Source: Pseudomonadales bacterium | GTDB taxonomy: Bacteria > Pseudomonadota > Gammaproteobacteria > Pseudomonadales > JAUIET01 | Direction of reading: 5' to 3' | DNA: 64,000 nucleotides | NCBI GenBank assembly: GCA_037969395.1 | Contig: JBBKXJ010000257.1 | Location: 10,405 to 74,404 of the forward strand | Shown: positions 39,971-48,633 of the stretch, one piece after another | How the letters are laid out: the number at the start of each line of letters is the position of its first letter | How positions within the stretch are numbered: position 1 is the first letter of the stretch | Translations under genes and position numbers: made by a program | The notes under the pieces: model-generated | Told to the model about the DNA's origin: nothing | Seen by the model: only the letters and a program-made list of their open reading frames with translations | Database searches by the model: none

Positions 39971-41215
39971 CTAACTCGCCGCGCTGATCTCTTTGTGCGG
40001 CTGTGGCAAATTCGGCAAGCCGTTGGTACTGAGCATAAGACCTTGATGAAAACTGTCATAGCTTTGCTGGAACTCCCCCAGACTTGCCAACAGCCGACCC
40101 TGTTCTGCATAGCCCTCCGCATCAGGGCTGATGCGAATGCTTGCGGCAAAGTATTCACGCGCCTTGCCCCATAGCTCATTCATCAGGCTTAAACGACCCA
40201 GCGTCAACAGTAAGCTGGCATCTTCAGGTCGCTGCTGCAACCAACGTTCAGCGGTGAGCAGTTGTTTACTAACGTCCTGCCCTTTTACTGTTCCATACAG
40301 GCGAGCAAGGTCGGCATCCCAGTTTTTTTGCAAATGGCTTCGCAGCACCGCTTCTGCTTGCGTGTTTTCTTCCGCTGCGGCTAGTGCACGAGCGTAAATA
40401 CCTACCAATCGAGGATCTTTCCTAAGCGCTTTCGGCGTACTCTCCCACTGGGTTATAATGGCCGCAAGCGGCGCCGCGTCTTTTTTCCCTGCCTCGGCCA
40501 GCGCGCCTTCGTAAGCGACAAATTCCACTAACTGCAGCTCATCTGCAGCAAGCGCTTTTTGTTTGCGCAGTGGTGGTAACAACGCTTGCACTGCGTTCCA
40601 GTCGCCCAGCTGCTCATTGACCGCTACCGACATACGCAGCGCCTGAGGATGCTCAGGGGCCAGCGCACGCAGTTCGGTTAGCGTGGTCAGACACTGCGCA
40701 AACTGATTATTTTTGAGCTGAATTTCAGCCTGCGTTAATGCAATGGCAACGTTGGCATCAGGTGTTGTCTCTTGCGCTTTTTTCAAGTACTGCGCACACT
40801 GGTCATCCTCGCCTAGTGCTTCACTCGCGCGCGCCGCCATCAGGTAGTTAAGCAAGGGAGTCGGTGAATTTTCGGCGCCTTTGGCAAAGGTGTTTAGCGA
40901 GCGCCGCCAGCGACCTTCGATGTATTCAATCAACCCCTCCGTAAGCTGCGCCTCACTGCGACGTGCGTCACGCCCCTGTAACCAGTGTTGCAAACTGCGG
41001 CCCGAGTAGCGTAGTTGCAACAGCGAACGTAACAAAAACCAGCCCAGCGCCAGCACCAGCACCAGCGCTGTTAACGCAGCCCACAAGTTAGCTTCCACGC
41101 TTATTTGGTCATAGGAAATAAGCACGTAGCCCGGACTGCGCACTACCAGTATCGATAAACCGATGGCGCATACCAGCGCAACCAGACAAATAATAAATAG
41201 CCTTAACACCGTCAA
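39971..41215 (-). CDS. hemY: heme biosynthesis protein HemY (TPR membrane protein)
   Basis: 414 aa. Two N-terminal TM helices then TPR-like repeats. It is last in the hemC-hemD-hemX-hemY order. Its stop lies only 3 nt from the convergent ubiD stop. Confidence 0.85.
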   Translation of the reverse strand: MTVLRLFIICLVALVCAIGLSILVVRSPGYVLISYDQISVEANLWAALTALVLVLALGWFLLRSLLQLRYSGRSLQHWLQGRDARRSEAQLTEGLIEYIEGRWRRSLNTFAKGAENSPTPLLNYLMAARASEALGEDDQCAQYLKKAQETTPDANVAIALTQAEIQLKNNQFAQCLTTLTELRALAPEHPQALRMSVAVNEQLGDWNAVQALLPPLRKQKALAADELQLVEFVAYEGALAEAGKKDAAPLAAIITQWESTPKALRKDPRLVGIYARALAAAEENTQAEAVLRSHLQKNWDADLARLYGTVKGQDVSKQLLTAERWLQQRPEDASLLLTLGRLSLMNELWGKAREYFAASIRISPDAEGYAEQGRLLASLGEFQQSYDSFHQGLMLSTNGLPNLPQPHKEISAAS

Positions 41216-42861
41216 ACCTCCTCAGCCGCGTTGGCTGCTTCGTCCTGGGTGCTTGCTTCAGGTTCGTCGGTTGCGGGTTCTTTCCCGGGCTTCGCTTCTG
41301 AGTCAGGTGTTTTTGCCGGTTGTTGTTTTGAGTTAGCTTCGACTTGTGACTTTTCTGCTTTGTCTTTCTCGTCTTTCCCGCCCTTCGCGTTTGACTCCTG
41401 ATCTTGCTTTGACTCCTGATCTTGCTTTGACTCGGGCTCTTGCTTTGACTCGGGCTCTTGCTTCGCCTCGGGCTGTTGTTTCGGCGCAGGCTCCGCCTTC
41501 AAGTTCGCTGTTTGCTCGGCTTCCGGTTGTGTCGGTGACGCGGCTTTTACTTCTGCCTGCGGCTTATTCTTCTGCAGCACTTGCTGTGCCGCTTCAGCTT
41601 TTATTTTTCTGCTGTACTCGCTGTCGGTATATTCTTTCAAAGCGCGATAGGAACCGCTAATGTCAGGTAGTGGCGGGTCAATATTAGTCTTACGCGCGGC
41701 TTCCAACGTCTCCAGCGCCGCCTGGGTAGCGGCATCTTCGCTGATGAAGTAGCGCGCGATCCACTGCTGTGCTTTATCGAGGCTCTGTTGATAGATATCA
41801 GGCTTTTGTGCCAGTAGCGCCAGCTGAGCCTGCTCCAGCATCAGCCGCAGATTTTGCCGCAGGTATAACTCCTGTTGCGGCGGCAGCATGGCTTCGACCG
41901 GCTGGTCGCGCTGTCGCACCACGAATACCTTACCAAGCGTCTGCTTGATCGCACCACCGACCCGCGTAACGCTGTCGCGCCAGGTTGGTTGTTCGGGCAT
42001 GGTCGCCTCTACAGACTCTTCCTGTTCATCGTTGCTGAATTCGGGAATATCGTGCAGTTTCAGTTCATCGATGCCGCCGGTCAAGCTGGCCAGGCTCAAA
42101 TATTCGCCGTCTACGTCAACCGATTCGGTGCGGCTCAACGCGGCAATATCGTCGGCAATCGCTCGCCGCACGTGAACCAGGCTAACGTCGTCAATCTCGC
42201 GTAAAATCTTATCCGCCGATTGCAGCATGGCAAGCGGGCCGCTGATTTCCTTGCTCATCAGAATACGTTGGTTCGCCAGCCGCAGCAGATATTCAGTTTC
42301 GGCCATTAACCATTCGTCACGATTGGTCTGGGTAAGCGCCTCCATTTGCCGGGTTTGCCTGCCCACAGTTTTTTCTAGCAGCTTTAGTGTATTTTGCGTC
42401 GCCGTCAATTCTCCCTCGCGAGTGATTGACTCCTCGCCAAGCTCAGCCTGTAACGTATTAAAGTCGTCTCGCAAATCATTGCGTACGTCATCACGCACAT
42501 TAGCAATCGCATTTTGCGTTTCCTGCAGCTTACTCTTAAGCGCCAGCTTGCTGCCTTGCTCCATTTGCCACTGCTGCCACAGGTAGTACACGCCGTAACC
42601 TGCAGCTCCGCTAAGCCCGAGCGTGCACAGTAGAAAAAACCAAAGCAAGCCCGTGCGCGGTCCTTTTTTTTGCGCATTAACTGCGTTGCTGTCGCCGTAG
42701 TCGGCCTGGTCTGATTTTTTTTGATCTTCTTTTTGGGCACTGACGTAAGCTTTCGCCCTGGCAGCCCTTTCGGTGCTGCTGACGTTTCGCTGTTGTGATT
42801 TTTGTTCGGATTTTGACGCGGCGTCGTTAGGTTTATCGCCGAGCTTTTTGCTGTCTACCAT
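41212..42861 (-). CDS. hemX: HemX-like protein (annotated in databases as uroporphyrinogen-III C-methyltransferase-like)
   Basis: 549 aa. Charged N-terminus, one TM helix, coiled-coil region, and a repetitive acidic/Lys C-terminus. It sits between hemD and hemY, with 4-bp and 7-bp overlaps with its neighbours. Confidence 0.8.
   Translation of the reverse strand: MVDSKKLGDKPNDAASKSEQKSQQRNVSSTERAARAKAYVSAQKEDQKKSDQADYGDSNAVNAQKKGPRTGLLWFFLLCTLGLSGAAGYGVYYLWQQWQMEQGSKLALKSKLQETQNAIANVRDDVRNDLRDDFNTLQAELGEESITREGELTATQNTLKLLEKTVGRQTRQMEALTQTNRDEWLMAETEYLLRLANQRILMSKEISGPLAMLQSADKILREIDDVSLVHVRRAIADDIAALSRTESVDVDGEYLSLASLTGGIDELKLHDIPEFSNDEQEESVEATMPEQPTWRDSVTRVGGAIKQTLGKVFVVRQRDQPVEAMLPPQQELYLRQNLRLMLEQAQLALLAQKPDIYQQSLDKAQQWIARYFISEDAATQAALETLEAARKTNIDPPLPDISGSYRALKEYTDSEYSRKIKAEAAQQVLQKNKPQAEVKAASPTQPEAEQTANLKAEPAPKQQPEAKQEPESKQEPESKQDQESKQDQESNAKGGKDEKDKAEKSQVEANSKQQPAKTPDSEAKPGKEPATDEPEASTQDEAANAAEEV
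41391..41480. repeat. 18-bp in-frame tandem repeat x5 inside hemX
   Basis: Units are TTGACTCCTGATCTTGCT x2, TTGACTCGGGCTCTTGCT x2 and TCGCCTCGGGCTGTTGTT. They encode hexapeptide repeats (AKQEPE/SKQEPE x2/SKQDQE x2). Confidence 0.9.
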
Positions 42862-43682
42862 CGCTTCGCCTTTTTCAACTCGTTAGGTGCGGCAGCGGTG
42901 CGTGCAGCACGCCACCAGTTGCAAAGTGCGTATGATACATCAGTCAATCGCATACTCCGAGCGGTCAGCACATTGCGGAACCCCTGCGCCTGCGCGGCGG
43001 CTGTTACGCGCGCGCCCGGTGCCAGTAGCAGTGTAGTCTGCAGTTCGGCAAACACCTCAACGGTGCGCGCCATGCGAGTCAAATTGACTACCCCGGCAAC
43101 GCTGGTAGCCGCAACGGCGTGCGGCCGCCATAGTTTTACGTTGCTAGCCAGCTGCGCTTCATTAGCACCCGGATAAGCGCGCCGATAGAGCTCGGCTTGA
43201 GTCACCTCAGCCCCACGCGCCCGTAGCGTCTGTGTGATCAGTTCGCGCCCGCCCTGCCCTCTGAATACCAACACTCGCTTACCAGACAGCGACTGCAGCT
43301 CTGGCAGCGACAATAACGTTTCGCTATCAACCGCGTCGCTGGTTCGCATAGTAAAACCCGCCGCTGCGGCCGCATTGGTCGTCTTGTCACCAACGGCGTA
43401 ACAGGTCGTTGCCAAAGGGATCGGTAGCTCGCGTTCCAGCAGGCAGGCATGGGCATAGCTTACGGCATTGGTACTGACAAAAATGCCAATATCATAGTGC
43501 TGCAATTGCTTAAATGCCGCATCTGTTTGTGCGTCTGCGACGATGGGCTCTATGGCAAGCACCGGCACATGGCGCAAACTCGCACCCAGTTGCTGCAACT
43601 CTTGCTGCCATTCATCCGCCTGCCCTGCGGGGCGAGTCAGCAGCATCCTTAGTCCAGCCAGCGCCGGCTTAACGTGAGACAT
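42855..43682 (-). CDS. hemD: uroporphyrinogen-III synthase
   Basis: 275 aa. The ATG abuts the hemC stop. LLTRPAGQ N-terminal motif and position in the hem operon. Confidence 0.88.
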   Translation of the reverse strand: MSHVKPALAGLRMLLTRPAGQADEWQQELQQLGASLRHVPVLAIEPIVADAQTDAAFKQLQHYDIGIFVSTNAVSYAHACLLERELPIPLATTCYAVGDKTTNAAAAAGFTMRTSDAVDSETLLSLPELQSLSGKRVLVFRGQGGRELITQTLRARGAEVTQAELYRRAYPGANEAQLASNVKLWRPHAVAATSVAGVVNLTRMARTVEVFAELQTTLLLAPGARVTAAAQAQGFRNVLTARSMRLTDVSYALCNWWRAARTAAAPNELKKAKRW

Positions 43683-44627
43683 CTAGCTCGCTGCCCGCGC
43701 TGCAGCGAGAATTTTATCGCCGCCGGCGGCCAGTATTTCTTCTGCCAGCCCCTCCCCCAGCACGTCGGCTTCAATGGCTGCGCCGCGTCGTTGTCTGATG
43801 ATCATTTGCGCACCGTCGAGGGATACAACCCTTGCCTCCAGGGTAAGCATGTCGCCATCTAACTGCGCAAATGCGGCGATAGGAACCTGACAGCCGCCGT
43901 CAAGGCCGCGGTTCAAGGCACGCTCGGCGCGCACACAATGGCTGGTTTGCAAATGGTTTAATTCGGCGACAAGTTTATTGATCAGCGCATCATCGGCGCG
44001 GGTCTCAATGCCTATCGCGCCCTGCCCCGGCGCCGGCAAACAGATTTTTGGATCGATGATTTCGGCAATTTGATCGTCCATCCGCAGACGCTTCAAGCCG
44101 GCCTCGGCAAGAATGATCGCGTCGTAGGCGCCGTCGTGCAGCTTCTGTAAACGAGTGTTGACGTTACCGCGCAGGTCAAGCATCTTAAGATCGCCGCGCG
44201 CGGCAAGCATTTGGCTGCGGCGACGCAAACTGGACGTGCCAAGTCTTGCGCCTGGCGGTAAGTCGGCAAAGCTGGCGAAGTTGGGCGCAATAAAAGCATC
44301 AAATGGACTGTCACGTTCGCAAATTGCTGCCAGCCGCAAGCCCGGAGGGAAGTGCATTGGTACATCTTTCATCGAGTGAACGGCGATGTCGGCCCGGTGC
44401 TCCAGCATGGCCACTTCCAGTTCTTTGATAAACAGCCCTTTGCCACCGATTTTCGACAACGGTGAGTCAAGCAGTTGATCGCCGCGAGTGGTCATGCGGA
44501 CCAGCTCGACCTGCAATTCGGGATAACGCTGCATGAGTACACTTTTGACGTATTCTGCCTGCCATATAGCCAACTGGCTTTCGCGGGTAGCGATACGCAG
44601 CGGACGATCCATAACCATTACTGTCAT
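43683..44627 (-). CDS. hemC: hydroxymethylbilane synthase (porphobilinogen deaminase)
   Basis: LRIATRESQLAIWQAEYV... matches HemC. There are several clustered candidate starts (TTG 44633, ATG 44627/44618/44612), so the exact start is uncertain. Confidence 0.93.
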   Translation of the reverse strand: MTVMVMDRPLRIATRESQLAIWQAEYVKSVLMQRYPELQVELVRMTTRGDQLLDSPLSKIGGKGLFIKELEVAMLEHRADIAVHSMKDVPMHFPPGLRLAAICERDSPFDAFIAPNFASFADLPPGARLGTSSLRRRSQMLAARGDLKMLDLRGNVNTRLQKLHDGAYDAIILAEAGLKRLRMDDQIAEIIDPKICLPAPGQGAIGIETRADDALINKLVAELNHLQTSHCVRAERALNRGLDGGCQVPIAAFAQLDGDMLTLEARVVSLDGAQMIIRQRRGAAIEADVLGEGLAEEILAAGGDKILAAARAAS

Positions 44628-44657
44628 TCCCAAACGGAAAAGACGAATTATGCCATG

Positions 44658-44885
44658 AGAGCCACTAGCGCAGGAACATAAGAGCCTTCAGCGCAGAAAC
44701 AAGAGAGCCTTTAGCGCAGAAATAAAAAAGCCTTTAGCGCAGAAAAAAAAGAGCCGTTAGTGCAGCAAGATAAGAGCCATCAGCGCAGAACCACAAGAGC
44801 CTGCAGCGCAGGACTAGCGCCATTGGCGTGCGAAAATGAGAGCCCTGAGCGCAACAAATACAAGAACCGCCCACATGTTTACAAG
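44658..44885. repeat. 23-bp tandem repeat array (7 exactly phased units plus 2-3 degenerate units) in the algR-hemC intergenic region
   Basis: Units start at 44658, 44681, 44704, 44727, 44750, 44773 and 44796, with consensus AGAGCCnTnAGCGCAG plus a 7-nt A/purine-rich variable tail. Degenerate copies lie at about 44819, 44839 and 44863. The region is non-coding, with stops in the forward frames I translated and no ORF of 60 aa or more fully within the array in the ORF track. Confidence 0.9.
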
Positions 44886-44913
44886 CGGCTGCATTGTTGA
44901 ATAAGACAGAGAA

Positions 44914-45657
44914 TTATAGGTTTTGCAGTAATTTTCTAACGTGTGGCAGATGGCGACGGCTTACCTGCGGCAAGGCCTCGGTTTCGTTCAAGCGCACACA
45001 GTGGGCGCCCTCTGCGTCGCGCTCCATGCCTTCCACATGCTTTAAGGCGATCAGTGCGTTGCGGTGAACGCGCAGTAGCTTATCGGGATATTCAGCCTCA
45101 AGCTCTTTTAACGTGTCGTCGATCAATAGTTCACCACCTGAGTGGTAAGCAGTGACATATTTATGATCAGCGAGGAACACTCTGATCTCTTCCATCGGCA
45201 CCATTTGAATGCCGCGACGCGATTTTGCTGTGATGTGCGTACGCTGCTTAAGTGAACAATCACTATCGTTAGCAGCCTCCAGAGACATAAGCTGGAGTTT
45301 GTTGACTTGACGCGCCTTCTCAAGCGCGATCAGCAAGTTTTCCTGTCGAACCGGTTTTAACAGGTAGCCCGCAGCCTGGGCTTCGATTGCTTCAACGCCG
45401 TAGTCATCGTATGCGGTACAAAAGATGATCGCTGGCGCATTTTTAGCCAGCGCAATCTGTTTCGCCGCCGCAACACCGTCCATTTGCGGCATGCGTACAT
45501 CCATCAAAATAACGTCGGGCCGGGTTCGATCGCTGAGCGCCACGGCTTCCTCTCCGTTGGCAGCTTCGGCAACGACATGCCACGTTTGGGTATCATTAAC
45601 CATGCGCTTCAAGCGGTCTCTGGCCAGTGGTTCATCGTCGACGATAAGCACATTCAT
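44914..45657 (-). CDS. algR: LytTR-family response regulator AlgR
   Basis: 247 aa. Receiver domain (MNVLIVDDEPLARDRL...) plus a C-terminal LytTR domain. Synteny is algZ-algR-hemC. Confidence 0.9.
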   Translation of the reverse strand: MNVLIVDDEPLARDRLKRMVNDTQTWHVVAEAANGEEAVALSDRTRPDVILMDVRMPQMDGVAAAKQIALAKNAPAIIFCTAYDDYGVEAIEAQAAGYLLKPVRQENLLIALEKARQVNKLQLMSLEAANDSDCSLKQRTHITAKSRRGIQMVPMEEIRVFLADHKYVTAYHSGGELLIDDTLKELEAEYPDKLLRVHRNALIALKHVEGMERDAEGAHCVRLNETEALPQVSRRHLPHVRKLLQNL

Positions 45658-45763
45658 CTTGATCTTATTCCTGTCTGTTTAATCCGTTAATGCTCTATAC
45701 ATGAGCTGAGCAAACTCTGAACCAGGCCAGGCGTCTTTACCACGGGTCTTTTTCAGAGATTCC

Positions 45764-46822
45764 TTAATTAAAATAGTAGCTTATTATTGCAAGAAAGCGA
45801 TTTTCGCTGACTTTGGCCTGTAATACTGCGTCGCTGCCAAAATGCGCCTGCAAGCGCTCGCGGGTATTGACCAAAGCCATACTGTTACCTTTATGTTTGA
45901 ACGCATCGGCCTTAGCGCTGTCAGGCAGCGGATTAGCAACACTAATCTCGCAGCGCTGGCCCTCAATCGCCACCTTGATAACCACGGTACCGCCCGCTGC
46001 ACGCGGCTGAATGCCGTGGTACACCGCGTTCTCCAGTAACGGCTGAATTGTAAGCGATGGTATTTTCACCGCGTCGTCCAGCGCCGGCAGCTGCCAATCA
46101 ATGCGTAGTCGGTCACCCATACGTAACTGTTCAATGGCAAGATACTGTTCGCATAATGCCAGTTCCTGTTTTATCGGCACCAACTCGGTCGCAGCCTTTA
46201 AGCTGGCGCGAAACAGTTCCGCAAGATCTTCAACAGCTTTTTCTGCCATCACGGGATTGCTGCCAATCAAACTGGCAACGCTGTTTAGGCTGTTGAAAAG
46301 AAAATGCGGGCGAATACGCGACTGTAAGGCCTGAATGTGCGCCTGTAGCTGAGCCTGCTGCTGCACCAGTAACTGCTGCTGAAGATACAAGTAGCGCAGG
46401 GCGATACCGCCGATTACCGCAACGATAGCAAGATTCGCCAGAACGCGCTGCCAATCGAATACATGTACTGCAGCGCTGGTCACAAACGTGTGCAGCAACC
46501 ACTGCGCAAATATGCTGAACAACAAGCTGACCAACAGAATCAGCGCGTAGCAGAGCAAGGCACCGCTAATACGTGGCAGGCGGGCAACACAGGCGCGTAC
46601 CTGACACAGCACGGCAGCGCACAGCAACGCATTCCACTGCACAAAAAAAGTCAGATTGGCGAAGTGCAGCCAGTCGAAAGGTAGCAAGCGGCCATTGCTG
46701 AGCGTCACTACCAGCACCAGCAACTGCGCCGTTAGAATCAGAAATAACAATGGTTGAACCTTGCACAGGTCCGGCAGCTGAAAGTGCTCCATTACGGGCA
46801 CTTGGGAATCTTTTATTGTCAT
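45764..46822 (-). CDS. algZ: sensor histidine kinase AlgZ/FimS (LytS-type, His_kinase domain)
   Basis: N-terminal LPDLC motif, several TM helices, and RIRPHFLFNSLNSVASL (LytS-type H-box). The start could be ATG 46822, TTG 46858 or ATG 46792. Confidence 0.85.
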   Translation of the reverse strand: MTIKDSQVPVMEHFQLPDLCKVQPLLFLILTAQLLVLVVTLSNGRLLPFDWLHFANLTFFVQWNALLCAAVLCQVRACVARLPRISGALLCYALILLVSLLFSIFAQWLLHTFVTSAAVHVFDWQRVLANLAIVAVIGGIALRYLYLQQQLLVQQQAQLQAHIQALQSRIRPHFLFNSLNSVASLIGSNPVMAEKAVEDLAELFRASLKAATELVPIKQELALCEQYLAIEQLRMGDRLRIDWQLPALDDAVKIPSLTIQPLLENAVYHGIQPRAAGGTVVIKVAIEGQRCEISVANPLPDSAKADAFKHKGNSMALVNTRERLQAHFGSDAVLQAKVSENRFLAIISYYFN

Positions 46823-46971
46823 GTTCTCAGTGTCGTAGTAAAAGCGCCTTTGCGCCAATGACAGGCGCTGTCGACGGCTGCTGCAGCGGCATAAACCCGC
46901 TATACTGCCGCGCTTTTATGCCACTTTTTTATCAAGCCGCATTGGCGCGCACTTAAATACGTACTGGACCC

Positions 46972-48384
46972 ATGACCAAACACAATCAGAACGACACCAA
47001 CACTAGCTGGGGCGGGCGCTTCAGCGAACCTACCGATGCCTTCGTACAGCGGTTTACCGCCTCGGTTGATTTTGACCAGCGCCTGTTTGAGCAGGATATA
47101 GACGGCTCTCTGGCGCACGCAGCAATGCTGGCACAACAAGACATATTAACGGCCGACGAATTGCATTCTATTCAACAAGGCCTGGAGGAAGTTCGCACAG
47201 AAATCAAAGCAGGGCAGTTCGAATGGTCAATCGCGCTGGAAGATGTGCATATGAACATTGAAGCCGCGTTGACCGCCAAAATTGGCGTCACCGGCAAAAA
47301 ACTGCATACCGGCCGCTCGCGCAACGATCAGGTGGCTACCGACATTCGTCTCTACCTGCGTGAAGCCCTCGACACTATTTGTGTTGAACTCACCCGCCTG
47401 CAGGCCGTGCTGACGGCTATTGCCGAGCGCGAAGCGGCTACCATTATGCCTGGCTTTACTCACTTGCAAACCGCGCAGCCGGTTACCTTCGGGCATCATA
47501 TGCTGGCCTGGTTCGAGATGCTGGAGCGCGACTATGGCCGATTGCAAGATTGCCGCCGGCGGCTTAATTATTGCCCGCTGGGTGCCGCCGCACTGGCTGG
47601 CACGACCTATCCCATTGACCGCGACTTCACCGCCACACAGCTCGGTTTTAGCGCACCAACCAACAACTCGCTGGACTCGGTCAGCGACCGCGACTTCGCC
47701 ATTGAATTCTGCGCGGCGGCCAGTATTGTGATGACTCATCTTTCCCGTTGCTCAGAAGAGCTTGTGCTGTGGACCTCGGCGCAGTTCGACTTTATTCGTT
47801 TGCCGGACCGCTTCTGTACCGGCTCGTCGATTATGCCGCAGAAGAAAAACCCGGATGTACCGGAGTTGGTGCGCGGTAAAACCGGTCGTGTTAACGGTCA
47901 TCTCATCAGCCTGTTAACGCTGATGAAAGGCCAGCCGCTGGCTTACAACAAGGACAATCAGGAAGACAAGGAACCGTTGTTCGACACGGTCGATACCTTG
48001 CACGACTGTCTGCGCGCCTTTGCTGACATGCTGCCGGCACTGGAGACCAAGCCTGAGGTTATGCGCGAGGCGGCGCTGCGCGGCTATGCCACGGCCACAG
48101 ACTTGGCTGACTACCTAGTTAAAAAAGGTCTGCCATTTCGTGACGCGCACGAAGTGGTAGGCCACGCCGTGGCCTACGGCGTGTCTAACAATAAAGATCT
48201 GGCTCAAATCGATCTTGCTGAATTGCAAAAGTTTTCGGCGTTGATTGGTGACGATGTTTACTCAGTATTGAGCCTCGACGGTTCGGTTGCCGCACGCAAC
48301 CATTTAGGTGGCACCGCGCCTGAGCAAGTGCGTCAGGCAGCAGTTACCGCTCGACACAACATGCAGCAACGCAACGAAGCGTAG
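46972..48384 (+). CDS. argH: argininosuccinate lyase
   Basis: 470 aa. [24 protein letters not shown]-terminus and [12 protein letters not shown] signature. Confidence 0.96.
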   Translation: MTKHNQNDTNTSWGGRFSEPTDAFVQRFTASVDFDQRLFEQDIDGSLAHAAMLAQQDILTADELHSIQQGLEEVRTEIKAGQFEWSIALEDVHMNIEAALTAKIGVTGKKLHTGRSRNDQVATDIRLYLREALDTICVELTRLQAVLTAIAEREAATIMPGFTHLQTAQPVTFGHHMLAWFEMLERDYGRLQDCRRRLNYCPLGAAALAGTTYPIDRDFTATQLGFSAPTNNSLDSVSDRDFAIEFCAAASIVMTHLSRCSEELVLWTSAQFDFIRLPDRFCTGSSIMPQKKNPDVPELVRGKTGRVNGHLISLLTLMKGQPLAYNKDNQEDKEPLFDTVDTLHDCLRAFADMLPALETKPEVMREAALRGYATATDLADYLVKKGLPFRDAHEVVGHAVAYGVSNNKDLAQIDLAELQKFSALIGDDVYSVLSLDGSVAARNHLGGTAPEQVRQAAVTARHNMQQRNEA

Positions 48385-48470
48385 CAGCCTCTCCATTTTT
48401 TTCGACAGCGGCGTTTTTAGGCTGTCGCTCACGTATAATCATTTACTGAATTTCACAGGTGAAGGCTGTT

Positions 48471-48629
48471 ATGCGGCAACTGACGTTAATACTTCTTGTT
48501 ATGTTGCTGCTAGCCTGCGGTCAGAAGGGGGATTTATATATGCCCGATGAGAGCTCCGCCGACTCTTCGCAGAACGGCGAACAACAGGATTCCGCACCCA
48601 AAGACAACGACAACGACAACGACAATTAG
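48471..48629 (+). CDS. lptM: LPS-assembly lipoprotein LptM (YifL/LppL family)
   Basis: 52-aa ORF below the track threshold: MRQLTLILLVMLLLACGQKGDLYMPDE...DNDNDNDN. It has a lipobox and the CGQKG-LY-P family motif. AGGTGAAGG RBS. It sits immediately upstream of lysA-dapF, as in E. coli and Pseudomonas. Confidence 0.8.
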   Translation: MRQLTLILLVMLLLACGQKGDLYMPDESSADSSQNGEQQDSAPKDNDNDNDN

Positions 48630-48633
48630 AAGC

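Noticed and set aside
39965-39973. Convergent gene pairs with almost no spacer or with overlap, as a special regulatory feature. Pairs are ubiD/hemY (3 nt), WD40/FKBP (6 nt), histidine phosphatase/PPK2 (3 nt) and acpH/FliL-like (17-bp overlap).
   Set aside because: This is common in compact bacterial chromosomes. I see no associated structure, so it is noted only as context.
44658-44885. Possible CRISPR array between algR and hemC.
   Set aside because: The units are contiguous 23-mers with no unique spacers, no palindromic repeat core and no cas genes. This is a tandem repeat, not a CRISPR array.
48385-48470. Hairpin CGACAGC-N11-GCTGTCG after argH as a terminator.
   Set aside because: The stem is short with a large loop and no downstream T-run. 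lptM-lysA may simply be co-transcribed or use a promoter here.
48547-48633. Poly-threonine N-terminal extension of lysA (…KTTTTTTTIRS).
   Set aside because: It is the out-of-frame reading of the lptM DNDNDN tail. LysA homology starts at MDHFQY (48634), 5 nt after the lptM stop.
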